Assembly: GCA_043775965.1 (NCBI GenBank)
Contig: JAYVRZ010000234.1
Span: forward strand, 41,061 to 105,060
Direction of reading: 5' to 3'
Length of the DNA: 64,000 nucleotides
From: Sphingomonas sp.
GTDB lineage: Bacteria > Pseudomonadota > Alphaproteobacteria > Sphingomonadales > Sphingomonadaceae
Shown here: one piece after another, positions 1 through 14,745 of the stretch
Layout: every line of letters begins with the position of its first letter
Numbering within the stretch: position 1 is the stretch's first letter
Made by a program: the position numbers and the translations under genes
The notes under the pieces: generated by a model
What the model saw: only the letters and a program-made list of their open reading frames with translations
Databases searched by the model: none
What the model was told of the DNA's origin: nothing

Positions 1-2
1 CG

Positions 3-467
3 CAGGCCAACACCGCGTTTGACTTCCTTCCCGGGTTCGCACGCCACTTCGGCACCGCGCTCAACTTCACCTTCATCCCGGTGAACGAACTGCATCTGTA
101 TCCGGCCGACGAAGTGCCGGACGTTCCGCACATCTTCGATTCGCCCTTCACCTCGCGCTATTCGGGCAACGCATCGCTATATTATGACACGCCGAAGTTC
201 AGCGCGCGGATCGCGTACAATTACCGGTCGAAGTACAAGACCAGCATCGATTACGTGAACCCCGGCTATTCGATCTTCACCAAGGCCACCTCACGGCTCG
301 ACGCGGCGATCAACGTGACGCCGATCAAGTTCATCACGCTGAGCCTCGAAGCGACCAATCTCCTGCGCAACAACGCGCGCACCTATTTCGGCGCGTTCGA
401 CTCGTTGCCGGTCGGCGTCAGGGAACAGGCCCGGACGATCCAGGCCGGCGCACGCTTCCGCTTCTAG
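3..467 (+). CDS. TonB-dependent receptor, C-terminal part (runs off window start)
   Basis: Amphipathic beta-strand pattern (SARIAYNYRS, LDAAINV, LSLEATNLL) and C-terminal ...GARFRF aromatic barrel signal; frame is open back to the window edge. Confidence 0.85.
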   Translation, partial: QANTAFDFLPGFARHFGTALNFTFIPVNELHLYPADEVPDVPHIFDSPFTSRYSGNASLYYDTPKFSARIAYNYRSKYKTSIDYVNPGYSIFTKATSRLDAAINVTPIKFITLSLEATNLLRNNARTYFGAFDSLPVGVREQARTIQAGARFRF

Positions 468-485
468 TCGGCGCCCCGTCGGCCG

Positions 486-562
486 TGCCCGTTGCGCAGG
501 CAGCGGGCACAAGGGCCAGGTGCGACGGAGATCGAGCGACAGGCGGCGGCTTTCGCTGCCTG
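486..562. terminator. Two hairpins between convergent genes (probable terminators)
   Basis: GTGCCCGTTGC/GCAGCGGGCAC and CAGGCGGCG/CGCTGCCTG inverted repeats between the TBDR stop (467) and the GH2 stop (584). Confidence 0.45.
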
Positions 563-583
563 GGACGCACCGGCCACGGCAAA

Positions 584-5099
<4,516 letters not shown>

Positions 5100-5103
<4 letters not shown>

Positions 5104-6410
5104 AGCGCGGTTTCGATCGCTTCGAGCGAGCGGCGCTTGGTCTCGGGGAAGAACGCCAACACGACCGCGAACTGAAGTGCCATCATGCCTGCGAACAGGA
5201 TGAACGGTGCGCCGCGCGAGTAAGCGGCGACCAGCGGGAATGCCATCGCGATGATCGCGTCCATGAACCAGTGCGTCGACGAGCCGAGGCTCTGCCCGCG
5301 CGAGCGCACGTCTGTGGGGAAGATCTCGCTGATATACACCCAGATCACCGCGCCCTGCGAGAAGGCGAAGAAGGCGATGAAGCCGATCAGCAGCCACAAC
5401 AGCATGTCCTGGTGCTGCCCGCTGAGGAACACATAGGCGACGCCCGCCAGCATGACGGTGAGCCCCGCCGCGCCGATCAGCAACAGAGTCTTGCGGCCGA
5501 TCCGGTCGATCACGGTCAGCGCGAGCGCGGTGAAGAACAGGTTGCACGCGCCGATGACGATCGCCTGGCGGTCCGCCGAGACGCTGTCGAACCCGGCCGC
5601 GGCGAAGATGTCGTTGAGGTAATAGAGGATCGCGTTGATGCCGGAGAGCTGGTTGAACGAGGCGATCGCGAACGCGAGCAGGATCGGCCGGCGATGTCGC
5701 GCCCAGCTCAGCCGGGGTTTGTGTGCTGCGGCGGCGACATGCGACTGGCGGTAGCTGGCGATGTCGGCAGCCGGGTCCGCCACGCCGAGCGAGCGCAGGA
5801 CGGCTTCGGCCTCGGCCTCGCGACCGCGGGCTGCGAGCCAGCGCGGGCTGTCGGGGATCGTGAACATCATCACCAGCAGCAGCAGGGCCGGCAATGCCGT
5901 CACGCCGAATTTCACATGCCAGTCGAGCGCGCCGAGGTGCATGCCGGTGACGATCGCGTTGCTGAGATACGCGATGAGGATGCCGAGCACGATGTTGAGC
6001 TGGAACGCACCGACCATCATGCCGCGCTTTTCGGCCGGCGCGATCTCGGCGATGTAGACGGGGGCGAGCACCGACGACGCACCGACCGCGAACCCGGCGA
6101 GCACGCGAAAGGCCAGCAGCGCGCCCCAGTTCCAGGCGGCGAAACACCCGATACCCGAGACCAGGTAGACGAGCGCGATCGCCTTCAACGACGTCCGCGC
6201 GCCGTAGCGATCACCCGGCACGCCGGCGAGCAATGCACCGGCGAGCGTACCCCACAGCGCGCTGGATACGGTGATGCCGACCCCCGCCGCATCGAGGCCG
6301 AACGCGGTGCGGATGCCTTCGGTGGTGCCGGCGATCACCGCGGTGTCGAACCCGAACAACAGGCCGGCGAGCGCTCCGACCAGGACGCCGCGGAACAGGG
6401 TTGCATTCAT
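5100..6410 (-). CDS. Sugar porter family MFS transporter
   Basis: GLLFGFDTAVIAG, PVYIAEIAP, PDSPRWL, NQLSGINAILYY, DRIGRK, SEIFP, PETKRRSLE motifs; about 12 hydrophobic segments. Confidence 0.93.
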
Positions 6411-6456
6411 TCGTCTTCGCTCCAGTATTCAGATTCGCCGACATTCCATCCTGCAG

Positions 6457-6582
6457 TCCTCCCCCGCAAGGGGGAGGTGGCTGGCTCTTGCCAGACGGAG
6501 GGGGAGGTAAGCGATAACGCCTGTTCCGTGTCCTCCCCCTCCGTCAGGCTGCCGCCTGCCACCTCCCCCTTGCAGGGGAGGA
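6457..6582. repeat. Intergenic palindromic element (RIME/CIR-like family A, copy 1)
   Basis: Nested inverted repeats TCCTCCCC...GGGGAGGA and GACGGAGGGGGAGG...CCTCCCCCTCCGTC; a related copy lies at about 24131-24254. Confidence 0.8.
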
Positions 6583-6590
6583 TCGTAAGA

Positions 6591-9443
6591 TCAGAAGGTG
6601 AAGCGCACGCCGGCGCGGAACGTCCGGCCGATCGAGTCGAAGTCCTGGACGCCCGACGGGCCGTTCGAGACATACGGGTTGATCAGCTGGTTGAAGACGT
6701 TGGTGACGCTCAGATACGTCTCGACGTCGCCCCCCATCGGCAGCTTGTAGCCGATCCGCGTGTCGACCAGCAGCTGGCCGTTGAAGTGGCGCTGCGCCAG
6801 ATCGGTCGGCACGGTGCCCTTGTCGTACGCACCGCCGCCGATGAAGCGGCCCTGCGTGAACACGCTGAACGGCTTGGCGTCGAGCTGGACCTGGCCGGTC
6901 ATCCGCCAGTGCGGCGCGGTGCCGATCTGGCCGGCGCGATCGACCGCGACGACGTTCGGCGTGCGCTGGATATAGCGATCGACATAGTTGCCGAGCAGTC
7001 GCAGCGACAGGTTCGCATCGGTCGCGATCCGGCTTTTGTAGCTCATCTCGAAATCGATCCCGCGGGTGTCGAACGAGGCGAGGTTCTGCGTCACCAGGTC
7101 GATCTGGATCAGCTGGCCCGCGGTGTTGCGACGGACGAAGGCGCAGCTTGCCGAACTGCCGTTGAAGCAGTCGTCGAGCGTCTGCTGGAACGACAGCGAG
7201 GCGATCGCGTCCTTGATCCGGATGTCGTAGAAATCGATCGACGCGTTGAACCCGCGCAGGAACGACGGCGAATAGACCGCACCGAACGTCGTCGTCTTGG
7301 CGATTTCCGGGACCAGGTTGAGGTTGCCGAGCACGACCGACCGCACGTTGGTCGCGGTGCTGTTGGTCGCCCGATCGAACACTTGAGGCTGGAAGCTCGT
7401 GGTGCCGCGCTGGAACAGTTCGTACAGGCTGGGTGCCCGGATATCGCGCGAGCGGGTGCCGCGGAAGCGCAGCTCGTCGTTGATCGCCCAGGTCAGCCCC
7501 GCCTTCCACGTCGTCACCGATCCGCTGGTGGTGTAGTGCGTGCGCCGCACCGCGCCGTTGAAGTCGAGCGCCTTGAACAGATTGACGTCGCGGAGCAGCG
7601 GCACGTCGACTTCGAGGAAACCTTCGGTCACCTCATACTTGCCGCTCTGCGCCTTGGCGTTGCCGACGCGGTACGCACCCTCGGCGTTGGTAACCGGGTT
7701 GAACGCCTCCGACAGCGCGTCGACCGTCTGGTTGAAGCTCTGCTTGCGGTATTCGAGGCCTGCCGCAAAGCCGACATCGCCCGCCCAGTTCTGGAACGCG
7801 GAGCCGGCGATCGACCCTGCCGCGACGAATTCCTTGAAGCGCTGGTCGGCGGTGTTGGTGCCGGTGACGTAGTTCAATGCTGCGTCGGTCGGCGCGTGGA
7901 AGCCGAACACGTTGACGGGGACGCAGCCATTGCCGGGGGTGGTCAGCGTCGTGCGACAGACGATCTGGCCGTTCGCGGGGTTCACCACCGCATCGGCGGC
8001 GTTGACGTAGTTCTGCTGGATCAGGTCGTTCTCCAGCGCGAGATGGCGATCGTTGCGCGCCGCCTCGACATAGGTGTTCCACTTCAGCCCGCCGAGCACC
8101 GTGCCCTCCAGGCCGAGCACGCCGCGGATCGTCTCGTTGTCGGCGTTGACCTGCGTGCGTGGCAGATCGTCGTCGTACCGGCCCATCGTCAGCGTCTGCG
8201 TGCCGAGTGCGGTCATGCGGTCGCGGATGCTGGTCGGCAGATAGGCGTTGTCGCGACGGATCACGAGCGCGGTGGTGCCGATCTGGTTGCTGTATGACCC
8301 GACCTGATAGTCGTTGTGCGTCTTGCCGTAATTGCCCTCGCCGAAGATCGTCACGCTGTCGGTCAGGTCATAGCTCGCCCGCGTATAGGCGATGTGCTTT
8401 TCGAGCTCTGAGATCAGCGGCGCGAACTGCGGGCGCGGGCCGATGCCGCCGATCATCGTCGAGTTGGTCAGGCTGGTGCCGTAGATGAACGGGATCGGCT
8501 GGCCGCTCGCGTCGAAGGTCGTGCCGCGGAACGCTGTCGGCCCGGTGATGAGTCCCCCGAAGGTCGCGTTGGCGACCCGAACGTCGCAGGCGAACTCGCG
8601 CGAGGTGGCGGAGCCGGCGGGAAGCGCGATCGGCTGGCAGCTCTTGCGCGAATAGCTGCGGCTCAGGCGATCTTCGACGCCTTCGTTGCGGAAGAACTCG
8701 CCGCTGATCAGGAAATGACCGCGCCCGCCGGCGAACGGCGTGCCGTAGGCGAGCTCGTATTTCTGCTCGGCATTGTCGCCATAGGTGGTGACGCCGCCCT
8801 GGATCGTGCCGGTGAGCCCGGTGAACTTCTTGTTGATGATGAAGTTGACCACGCCGCCGACCGCGTCCGAGCCGTACGCTGCGGACGCACCGCCGGTGAC
8901 GACTTCGACGCGCTCGACCAGCGCCTGCGGGAACAGGTTGGTGTCGACCTGGCCGCTGCCGTCGTTGGGAATGAAGCGGCGACCGTCGAACAATGTCAGC
9001 GTGCGCGTCGGTCCCAGGTTGCGCAGGTTGAGATACGCGCCGCCCTGTCCGCTCGACGTCTGCGCGCCGCGCGGACCGACCGAGGACGACAATGCCGGCA
9101 ACTGCTTCAGCGCTTCGCCGAGCGTGGTCGGGACGGCGGCGTTGAGCTGCGTCGCGCTGGCGACCGTCACGGGCGTGGGCGCGCCGAAGCCGTTGGCGGG
9201 AATACGGCTGCCGGTGACGACGATGTCTGCATCGGCGGTTTCGCTGGGGGCGGGGCCCGCCGAGCTGATCTGCGCATCGCCGGTGTCGGCGGCGGGCGAC
9301 GTGCCGTCCGCGGTGACGCTGGCCGAGGGCGACGCAGCGGGTACGGCCGGCTGCGGCTGTGGCTGAACTTGTGCGGCTGCCGTGCCGGCGATCATCATCG
9401 CGAGCGCCGAGGCGCCGCCAAATGCGGTCTTGCGGTTGATCAT
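6591..9443 (-). CDS. TonB-dependent receptor
   Basis: Signal peptide, DIVVTGSRI TonB box, NLRNLGPTRTL, ERVEVVTGGASAAYGSDAVGGVVNF plug motif, C-terminal GVRFTF; GGAGGA RBS. Confidence 0.95.
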   Translation of the reverse strand: MINRKTAFGGASALAMMIAGTAAAQVQPQPQPAVPAASPSASVTADGTSPAADTGDAQISSAGPAPSETADADIVVTGSRIPANGFGAPTPVTVASATQLNAAVPTTLGEALKQLPALSSSVGPRGAQTSSGQGGAYLNLRNLGPTRTLTLFDGRRFIPNDGSGQVDTNLFPQALVERVEVVTGGASAAYGSDAVGGVVNFIINKKFTGLTGTIQGGVTTYGDNAEQKYELAYGTPFAGGRGHFLISGEFFRNEGVEDRLSRSYSRKSCQPIALPAGSATSREFACDVRVANATFGGLITGPTAFRGTTFDASGQPIPFIYGTSLTNSTMIGGIGPRPQFAPLISELEKHIAYTRASYDLTDSVTIFGEGNYGKTHNDYQVGSYSNQIGTTALVIRRDNAYLPTSIRDRMTALGTQTLTMGRYDDDLPRTQVNADNETIRGVLGLEGTVLGGLKWNTYVEAARNDRHLALENDLIQQNYVNAADAVVNPANGQIVCRTTLTTPGNGCVPVNVFGFHAPTDAALNYVTGTNTADQRFKEFVAAGSIAGSAFQNWAGDVGFAAGLEYRKQSFNQTVDALSEAFNPVTNAEGAYRVGNAKAQSGKYEVTEGFLEVDVPLLRDVNLFKALDFNGAVRRTHYTTSGSVTTWKAGLTWAINDELRFRGTRSRDIRAPSLYELFQRGTTSFQPQVFDRATNSTATNVRSVVLGNLNLVPEIAKTTTFGAVYSPSFLRGFNASIDFYDIRIKDAIASLSFQQTLDDCFNGSSASCAFVRRNTAGQLIQIDLVTQNLASFDTRGIDFEMSYKSRIATDANLSLRLLGNYVDRYIQRTPNVVAVDRAGQIGTAPHWRMTGQVQLDAKPFSVFTQGRFIGGGAYDKGTVPTDLAQRHFNGQLLVDTRIGYKLPMGGDVETYLSVTNVFNQLINPYVSNGPSGVQDFDSIGRTFRAGVRFTF

Positions 9444-9498
9444 GATATTCCTCCCCTGGGTGGCGGGCTTCAGCTCGCCGTTATGTATGTGAAGGCCC

Positions 9499-10647
9499 TC
9501 AGGCCGACGTTTGCGCGGACTGCAAAAGCCCGCGTATGTATCCGTAACAAAAGGCGAAATTCTCGGCCCGCGGCGTCCAGACGGGTTTGCCGTCGACGAC
9601 CAGCGGATCGTCCATTCCCGGCACGTGATCGGGCATGATCATTCCGTCATACCCGACCTCGGCATAGGTCCGCAGCGCGCGCACCATGTCGATGTCGCCC
9701 TCGTCCGGGAACGTCTCGTTGAATTTGTTGCGCGCGCCGTGGATGTTGCGGAAATGGACGTTGAAGATCTTCTTTCGCGCGCCGAACCAGCGGATCACGT
9801 CGAAGATCTGGCTGGCCGGGTCGGTCAGATTCTCGCAGACCGAGCCCTGGCAGAAGTTGAGGCCGTGATACGGGCTCTCGTTGATCAGGACGAAGCGCTT
9901 GAGGCCCTCGATCGTGCCGAGCACGTTGTCGATCCCCTGGTATCCGCCGGGCGGCGTGCCGGGGTCCTGCGGGTGGCAGGCGATCCGCACCTTGGTCTCG
10001 TTGGCGATCGGCACGATCCGGTCGAGGAAATAGGTGATGCGCTTCCAGAACTCGGTCGCGTCGACCCGGCCGGCGCGGGTGAGCGGGGTCGGCGGCGTGG
10101 CCTTCGCCAGGTCCCAGCCGAAATATTTCGACCCGCCACGCCCCTCGACCGGCGCAGTGCGCAGGACGCCGAGCAGGCTCATGTTATATTTGACGCACGG
10201 GATGCCGACCGCGGCGCAGTTGCGCAGCGTGGTCGCGAACGCCTCGATCTCGCGCTCGCGATCGGGTTCCTGCCCGAGCATGATGCCGGGGTGCTTCTCG
10301 CGGTCGATATGCGTGGAGTTGAGGATCTCGGGTTCGAGCATGTCGAGGCTGAGGCCATGGCGCTCCGCCATCTGCTTTAGCGTCGTGAGTTCGGCGACGG
10401 TCGGGTACATCCGCCCGTCGGCGACCTTGGCGCGCGCGGAAATGTTGCGCACGCCGTAGCGCGCGAAGACTTCGAAATGTGCGTCGGTGGACGGCATGCT
10501 CTGGCAGCCGAGTTTCATCTTGTACTGGCTTGCGGCGGGCGGCGTGGCGCGGCGACTCGACGAGCGCGTCTGCGCGTCCGCGTTCTCGCCGATCACCGAC
10601 AGCGAAGCGGCGGCACCGGTACCCAGCATGAACGTGCGACGATGCAT
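9499..10647 (-). CDS. Mannonate dehydratase (UxuA) family protein with twin-arginine leader
   Basis: Start MHRRTFMLG at ATG 10647 after GGGGAGGA RBS. UxuA-like motifs IACHPQDP, GLNFCQGS, VHFRNI, ETFPDEGDIDM, MPDHVP, FCYGYIRGLL. Confidence 0.8.
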   Translation of the reverse strand: MHRRTFMLGTGAAASLSVIGENADAQTRSSSRRATPPAASQYKMKLGCQSMPSTDAHFEVFARYGVRNISARAKVADGRMYPTVAELTTLKQMAERHGLSLDMLEPEILNSTHIDREKHPGIMLGQEPDREREIEAFATTLRNCAAVGIPCVKYNMSLLGVLRTAPVEGRGGSKYFGWDLAKATPPTPLTRAGRVDATEFWKRITYFLDRIVPIANETKVRIACHPQDPGTPPGGYQGIDNVLGTIEGLKRFVLINESPYHGLNFCQGSVCENLTDPASQIFDVIRWFGARKKIFNVHFRNIHGARNKFNETFPDEGDIDMVRALRTYAEVGYDGMIMPDHVPGMDDPLVVDGKPVWTPRAENFAFCYGYIRGLLQSAQTSA

Positions 10648-10745
10648 CCCGTCCTCCCCTCGATGTCGGCGGCAGATGTTTCCGTCCGTCCGGTCCGGGC
10701 ATCTCTGGCCCGGACGATGCCTATTGCATCCGGACTGGCCCGAAT

Positions 10746-10774
10746 TCCATTGCCAATCCTGGATCGTTCGATGC
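10746..10774 (-). promoter_or_regulatory. Candidate operator, copy facing the uxuA-like gene
   Basis: Minus strand GCATCGAACGATCCAGGATTGGCAATGGA matches the plus-strand copy at 10875-10903. Confidence 0.45.
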
Positions 10775-10874
10775 AATTCGGGACCAGACGATCGTGTATC
10801 CGATCGAGTCGCCCGTCGCGTACGCTGACTTTGACGGTATTCCAGCCGGTACGTGTAGGATCATGCTAACCACG

Positions 10875-10903
10875 GCATCGATCGATTGCGCCTTTGGAAT
10901 GGA
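10875..10903 (+). promoter_or_regulatory. Candidate operator, copy facing kdgD
   Basis: GCATCGATCGATTGCGCCTTTGGAATGGA; shares GCATCGAnCGAT-N11-AATGGA with 10746-10774. Confidence 0.45.
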
Positions 10904-10989
10904 CCGCATGATACCGCTGCCATAAACCTCGGTCCGAGTGATCCAGCGCCGGCGGACAAGGTTCGGCGCGGCAGGGGAGGCAATACGGA

Positions 10990-11925
10990 ATGGCATTTGA
11001 TCCTACGGACGTGGCGAAGACGATCGGCGGCGGCCTGCTGTCGTTCCCGGTCACGCATTTCAACGCAGCGGGCGAATTCCTCGAAGATCCCTACCGCGCG
11101 CACTGCGCCTGGATGCTCGAACATGAGCTTGCCGGGCTGTTCGCAGCCGGCGGCACGGGCGAGTTCTTCTCGCTGACCCCGACCGAAGTCGTCGATATCG
11201 TCGCCGCCGCGGTCGCCGAAGCCAAGGGCAAGCTGCCGGTCATCTCCGGCTGCGGCTATGGCACCGCGATCGCCTGCGAGATCGCGCGCGGCGCCGAACG
11301 CGCCGGCGCGGACGGGCTGCTGTTGCTGCCGCCATATCTGACGACGTCGAACCAGGAAGGCCTCGGCGCGCATATCGACGCGGTGTGCAAGTCGACCGGC
11401 CTTGCCGTGATCGTCTACAACCGCGACAACGCGATCGTCGACGACGAGACGCTGGCACGTGCCTGCGAGCGCAACCCCAATCTGGTCGGCTACAAGGATG
11501 GCGTCGGCGATATCGAGCTGATGGCGCGGATCTATTCGCGGATGGGCGACCGGCTCACCTATATCGGCGGCCTGCCGACTGCCGAGACGTTCGCGACGCC
11601 GTATCTGACGATGGGCGTCACCACCTATTCGTCGGCGATCTTCAACTTCATGCCGGAATGGGCGCTCGATTTCTACAAGGCGGTGCGCGCCGGCGATCAT
11701 GCCAAGGTGCAGGCCGAACTGCGCGATTTCGTGCTGCCCTATATCGCGATCCGCAACCGCAGCCGCGGTTATGCGGTGTCGATCGTCAAGGCGGGCATGC
11801 GCGTCGTCGGCCGCGATGCAGGACCGGTCCGCACGCCGCTGACCGACCTGACCGCGGACGAGGAGCGCGATCTCGCCGCGCTGATCGCCAAGGCCACGCC
11901 GGCAGCGGTAAAGCAGGCCGCGTGA
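10990..11925 (+). CDS. kdgD: 5-dehydro-4-deoxyglucarate dehydratase
   Basis: [74 protein letters not shown]; GGAGG RBS. Confidence 0.93.
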   Translation: MAFDPTDVAKTIGGGLLSFPVTHFNAAGEFLEDPYRAHCAWMLEHELAGLFAAGGTGEFFSLTPTEVVDIVAAAVAEAKGKLPVISGCGYGTAIACEIARGAERAGADGLLLLPPYLTTSNQEGLGAHIDAVCKSTGLAVIVYNRDNAIVDDETLARACERNPNLVGYKDGVGDIELMARIYSRMGDRLTYIGGLPTAETFATPYLTMGVTTYSSAIFNFMPEWALDFYKAVRAGDHAKVQAELRDFVLPYIAIRNRSRGYAVSIVKAGMRVVGRDAGPVRTPLTDLTADEERDLAALIAKATPAAVKQAA

Positions 11926-11950
11926 CATTCTGATGGCCGGCCCTCTATAG

Positions 11951-12847
11951 ATGTCGGCCATGTTCGACCTCAGCCAGCTCCGCTGTTTCGTCGCGGCGGC
12001 CGAGGAACTGCATTTCGGCCGCGCGGCACAGCGTCTCAACATGACGCAGTCGCCGCTCAGCCGGCAGATACAATTGCTCGAACGCATCCTCGACGTGATG
12101 CTGCTCGAACGGACCAGCCGCCAGGTGCGGCTGACGCCGGCGGGCAGCGCGTTCCTGATCGAGGCCCGCCGTATCCTCCGCCTCGCCGAAAGCGCGGCGT
12201 TGTCGGCGCGCCGGGTCGCGCGCGGCGATGCGGGGCGGGTCGTGATCGGCTTCACCGCGGTCTCCGGCTACGACCTGATGCCGCGGATCGTCGCGCAGGC
12301 GATCGCCCGCCTTCCCAACATCGCGCTCGAACTGCGCGAGATGGTCACGTCCGAACAGATCGACGCGCTGGTGACCGGGCTGATCGACGTCGCCTTCGTC
12401 CGCCCTCCGATCGACCGGCACGAGTTCGAGTCGGTCTGCGTGTTGCGCGAGCCGCTGATCGCGGCGCTGCCCGCGGGCGACCCGCGGCAGGCGAGGGGCG
12501 TTCTCGTCCCCGCCGATTTCGATGGCCTGCCGCTGATAATGTATGCGCGCCAGGGCGCGGGATACTTCCACGAGATGCTGCTGAAGCTGTTCGCCGACGC
12601 CGGTGCGGAGCCCGATTACGTCCAGCACGTAACGCAGATCCATTCGATGCTGGGGCTGGTCCGCGCTGGCCTAGCCGCGGCGATCGTGCCGCAGGCGGCG
12701 ACCAGCCTGCACATGACCGACGTCCAGTTCCGCACGATCCAGACCGAACCCGAGAACCCGGTCGAGCTGGTCATGGCCTGGCGCCGCGACAATTCGAACC
12801 CGGCGCTGGCACCGATGCGCCAGCTCTGCCTCGATACGCTCGGCTGA
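11951..12847 (+). CDS. LysR-family transcriptional regulator
   Basis: FDLSQLRCFVAAAEELHFGRAAQRLNMTQSPLSRQIQLLE helix-turn-helix; about 298 aa. Confidence 0.95.
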   Translation: MSAMFDLSQLRCFVAAAEELHFGRAAQRLNMTQSPLSRQIQLLERILDVMLLERTSRQVRLTPAGSAFLIEARRILRLAESAALSARRVARGDAGRVVIGFTAVSGYDLMPRIVAQAIARLPNIALELREMVTSEQIDALVTGLIDVAFVRPPIDRHEFESVCVLREPLIAALPAGDPRQARGVLVPADFDGLPLIMYARQGAGYFHEMLLKLFADAGAEPDYVQHVTQIHSMLGLVRAGLAAAIVPQAATSLHMTDVQFRTIQTEPENPVELVMAWRRDNSNPALAPMRQLCLDTLG

Positions 12848-12850
12848 TGA

Positions 12851-12922
12851 CCGTTCGTGCTGAGCGAAGTCGAAGCACTGTCGCTTGGGGCAATGCCCTT
12901 CGACTTCGCTCAGGGCGAACGG
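12851..12922. repeat. Short palindromic intergenic element (family B), possible bidirectional terminator
   Basis: CCGTTCGTGCTGAGCGAAGTCGAAG ... CTTCGACTTCGCTCAGGGCGAACGG inverted repeat between convergent genes. Confidence 0.75.
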
Positions 12923-12934
12923 AAAAATAGCGGC

Positions 12935-14266
12935 TTACGCCTTCAGCTCGACCCGCTTGATCGGACCCACCACGACCAGGAACGCGAAGATCGTCAACAG
13001 GCAGTGTAGCCCGACGAACACCAGGGCGCCGTCGAACGACCCGGTCCCCGCGACGATGAAGCCGATCACGATCGGCGTGACGATCCCCGCCACGTTGCCG
13101 AACATGTTGAAGATCCCGCTCGCCACACCCGACAGCTCGCGCGGCGCGACGTCGGACATCACCGCCCAGCCGAGCGACGCGACGCCCTTGCCGAAGAACG
13201 CGACTGCCATCAGCGTGATGACCAGCCATTCCGCCTCGACGAACACGCACGCGATGATCAGCGTCGCGAGCAGCATGCCGATCACCAGCGGCGTCTTCCG
13301 CGCGATGTCGAGCGAACCGGTCCGGCGCAGCAACGTGTCCGACAGATACCCGCCGACCAGTCCGCCGACGAACCCGCACAGTGCCGGCGCGGCCGCGGCG
13401 ATGCCCGCCTCCATGATGTTCAACCCGCGTTCCTTGACGAGATAGATCGGGAACCACGTCACGAAGAAATAGGTCAGCACGTTGATGCAATATTGGCCCA
13501 GATAGATGCCGAGCAGCATCCGGTTGGCAAGCAGCTGGCGGACATTGTGCCAGCTGAACACCTGCTTCACGCCGGCGCCTTCCTCCATGTGGATCAGCCC
13601 GCCGCCCGCCTCGATCAGCGCGAGTTCGGCGGCGTTGATGCGGGGGTGGCGGACCGGGCTGCGGATGAACAGCCAGAACACCGCGGTCGCGACCAGCCCG
13701 AGCGCGCCCATCACCCAGAACACGCTGCGCCAGCCATGCTCGTGGACCAGCCAGCCCATCAGCGGCGCGAACACCACCAGCGAGAAATACTGCGCGGAGT
13801 TGAACACGGCCGACGCAGTGCCGCGCTCGCTGCCCGGAAACCACGCCGCGACCAGCCGTGCGTTGCCGGGGAACGACGGCGCCTCGGCCACACCGACCAT
13901 GAAGCGCAGCGCGAACAGCATCGCCAGCACCGGTAGCGCGACCAGCCCCGCGAGCCCCTGCATCGCGGTCAGCACCGACCAGATCGCGATCGCCCCCGCA
14001 TACACCCGCCGCGTCCCGAACCGATCGAGCAGCAACCCGCCCGGAATCTGCGCGAGCACATAGGCCCAGGCGAACGCCGACAGGATGAAACCGGTCTGCA
14101 CGGTCGAAATGCCGAGATCGTGCGATGCGGCGCTGCCGGCGATGGAGAAGGTCGAGCGATCGGCATAGTTGAGCGACGTGATGATGAAGATCAGCGCAAT
14201 GATGCCGTACCGAACCCGGGTCGGCCTGCCACCGAGAGGCTTCGCGTCATGCTCGTAAATCGCCAC
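12935..14266 (-). CDS. gudP: Glucarate/galactarate-type MFS transporter (ACS family)
   Basis: NYADRSTFSIAG, QIPGGLLLDRFG, EAPSFPGNAR, FNSAQYF, GIYLGQYC, FFGKG..LGW motifs; start at GTG 14266 after GGAGAG (ATG 14299 is an alternative). Confidence 0.85.
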   Translation of the reverse strand: MAIYEHDAKPLGGRPTRVRYGIIALIFIITSLNYADRSTFSIAGSAASHDLGISTVQTGFILSAFAWAYVLAQIPGGLLLDRFGTRRVYAGAIAIWSVLTAMQGLAGLVALPVLAMLFALRFMVGVAEAPSFPGNARLVAAWFPGSERGTASAVFNSAQYFSLVVFAPLMGWLVHEHGWRSVFWVMGALGLVATAVFWLFIRSPVRHPRINAAELALIEAGGGLIHMEEGAGVKQVFSWHNVRQLLANRMLLGIYLGQYCINVLTYFFVTWFPIYLVKERGLNIMEAGIAAAAPALCGFVGGLVGGYLSDTLLRRTGSLDIARKTPLVIGMLLATLIIACVFVEAEWLVITLMAVAFFGKGVASLGWAVMSDVAPRELSGVASGIFNMFGNVAGIVTPIVIGFIVAGTGSFDGALVFVGLHCLLTIFAFLVVVGPIKRVELKA

Positions 14267-14451
14267 GTCGACACTCTCCCGAACGCCATTTCTGTGCATG
14301 GCTGCTCGCGATCATAAAGCTGTCGGGGCGAGCAGTCCAAGCTCGTTAGCAACTCGATCCAGTCGCCGATTGGCTCAATCGACATGGGGGGGTGTCCGAC
14401 TTCGCCCGCTGGTCGCAAATAGTCCGGCGCGTGTCGTACCGCGATGGCCCG

Positions 14452-14745
14452 CTATTCGCGGCGTTTCCCCGCCCTGGGAAGGTCGGGGAGGAGGTTGAGC
14501 GACAGCGTCGTGGCGGCGGCGGCGAGCATCAGCGCGGCGGTCCAGCCGATCGGGCCGTAGATCGGTCCCCATATCTCCAGCGACAGCGCGAACGCGGCGA
14601 CCAAAAGCGCCCAGGCGAGGATCCGCAGGGCGCGGGCTGCGCGCGGCGTGCGGCGGCGGTGGAAACGGCGCTGGTGGTGATGATCGGTCGCGAGCGCGAA
14701 CGCCAGGAAGCCGAGCAGCGCGACGACGAAAGGGAGCGCGGTCAC
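14452..14745 (-). CDS. Small membrane protein, DUF3325-like (iron-uptake associated)
   Basis: VTALPFVVALLGFLAFALATDHHHQRRF..., three hydrophobic segments, GTGA overlap with the PepSY gene. Confidence 0.7.
   Translation of the reverse strand: MTALPFVVALLGFLAFALATDHHHQRRFHRRRTPRAARALRILAWALLVAAFALSLEIWGPIYGPIGWTAALMLAAAATTLSLNLLPDLPRAGKRRE

Noticed and set aside
9462-9479. Small hairpin just before the TBDR RBS as a riboswitch
   Set aside because: It is a single 8-bp stem in a 55-bp gap with no aptamer features, probably a stability element.
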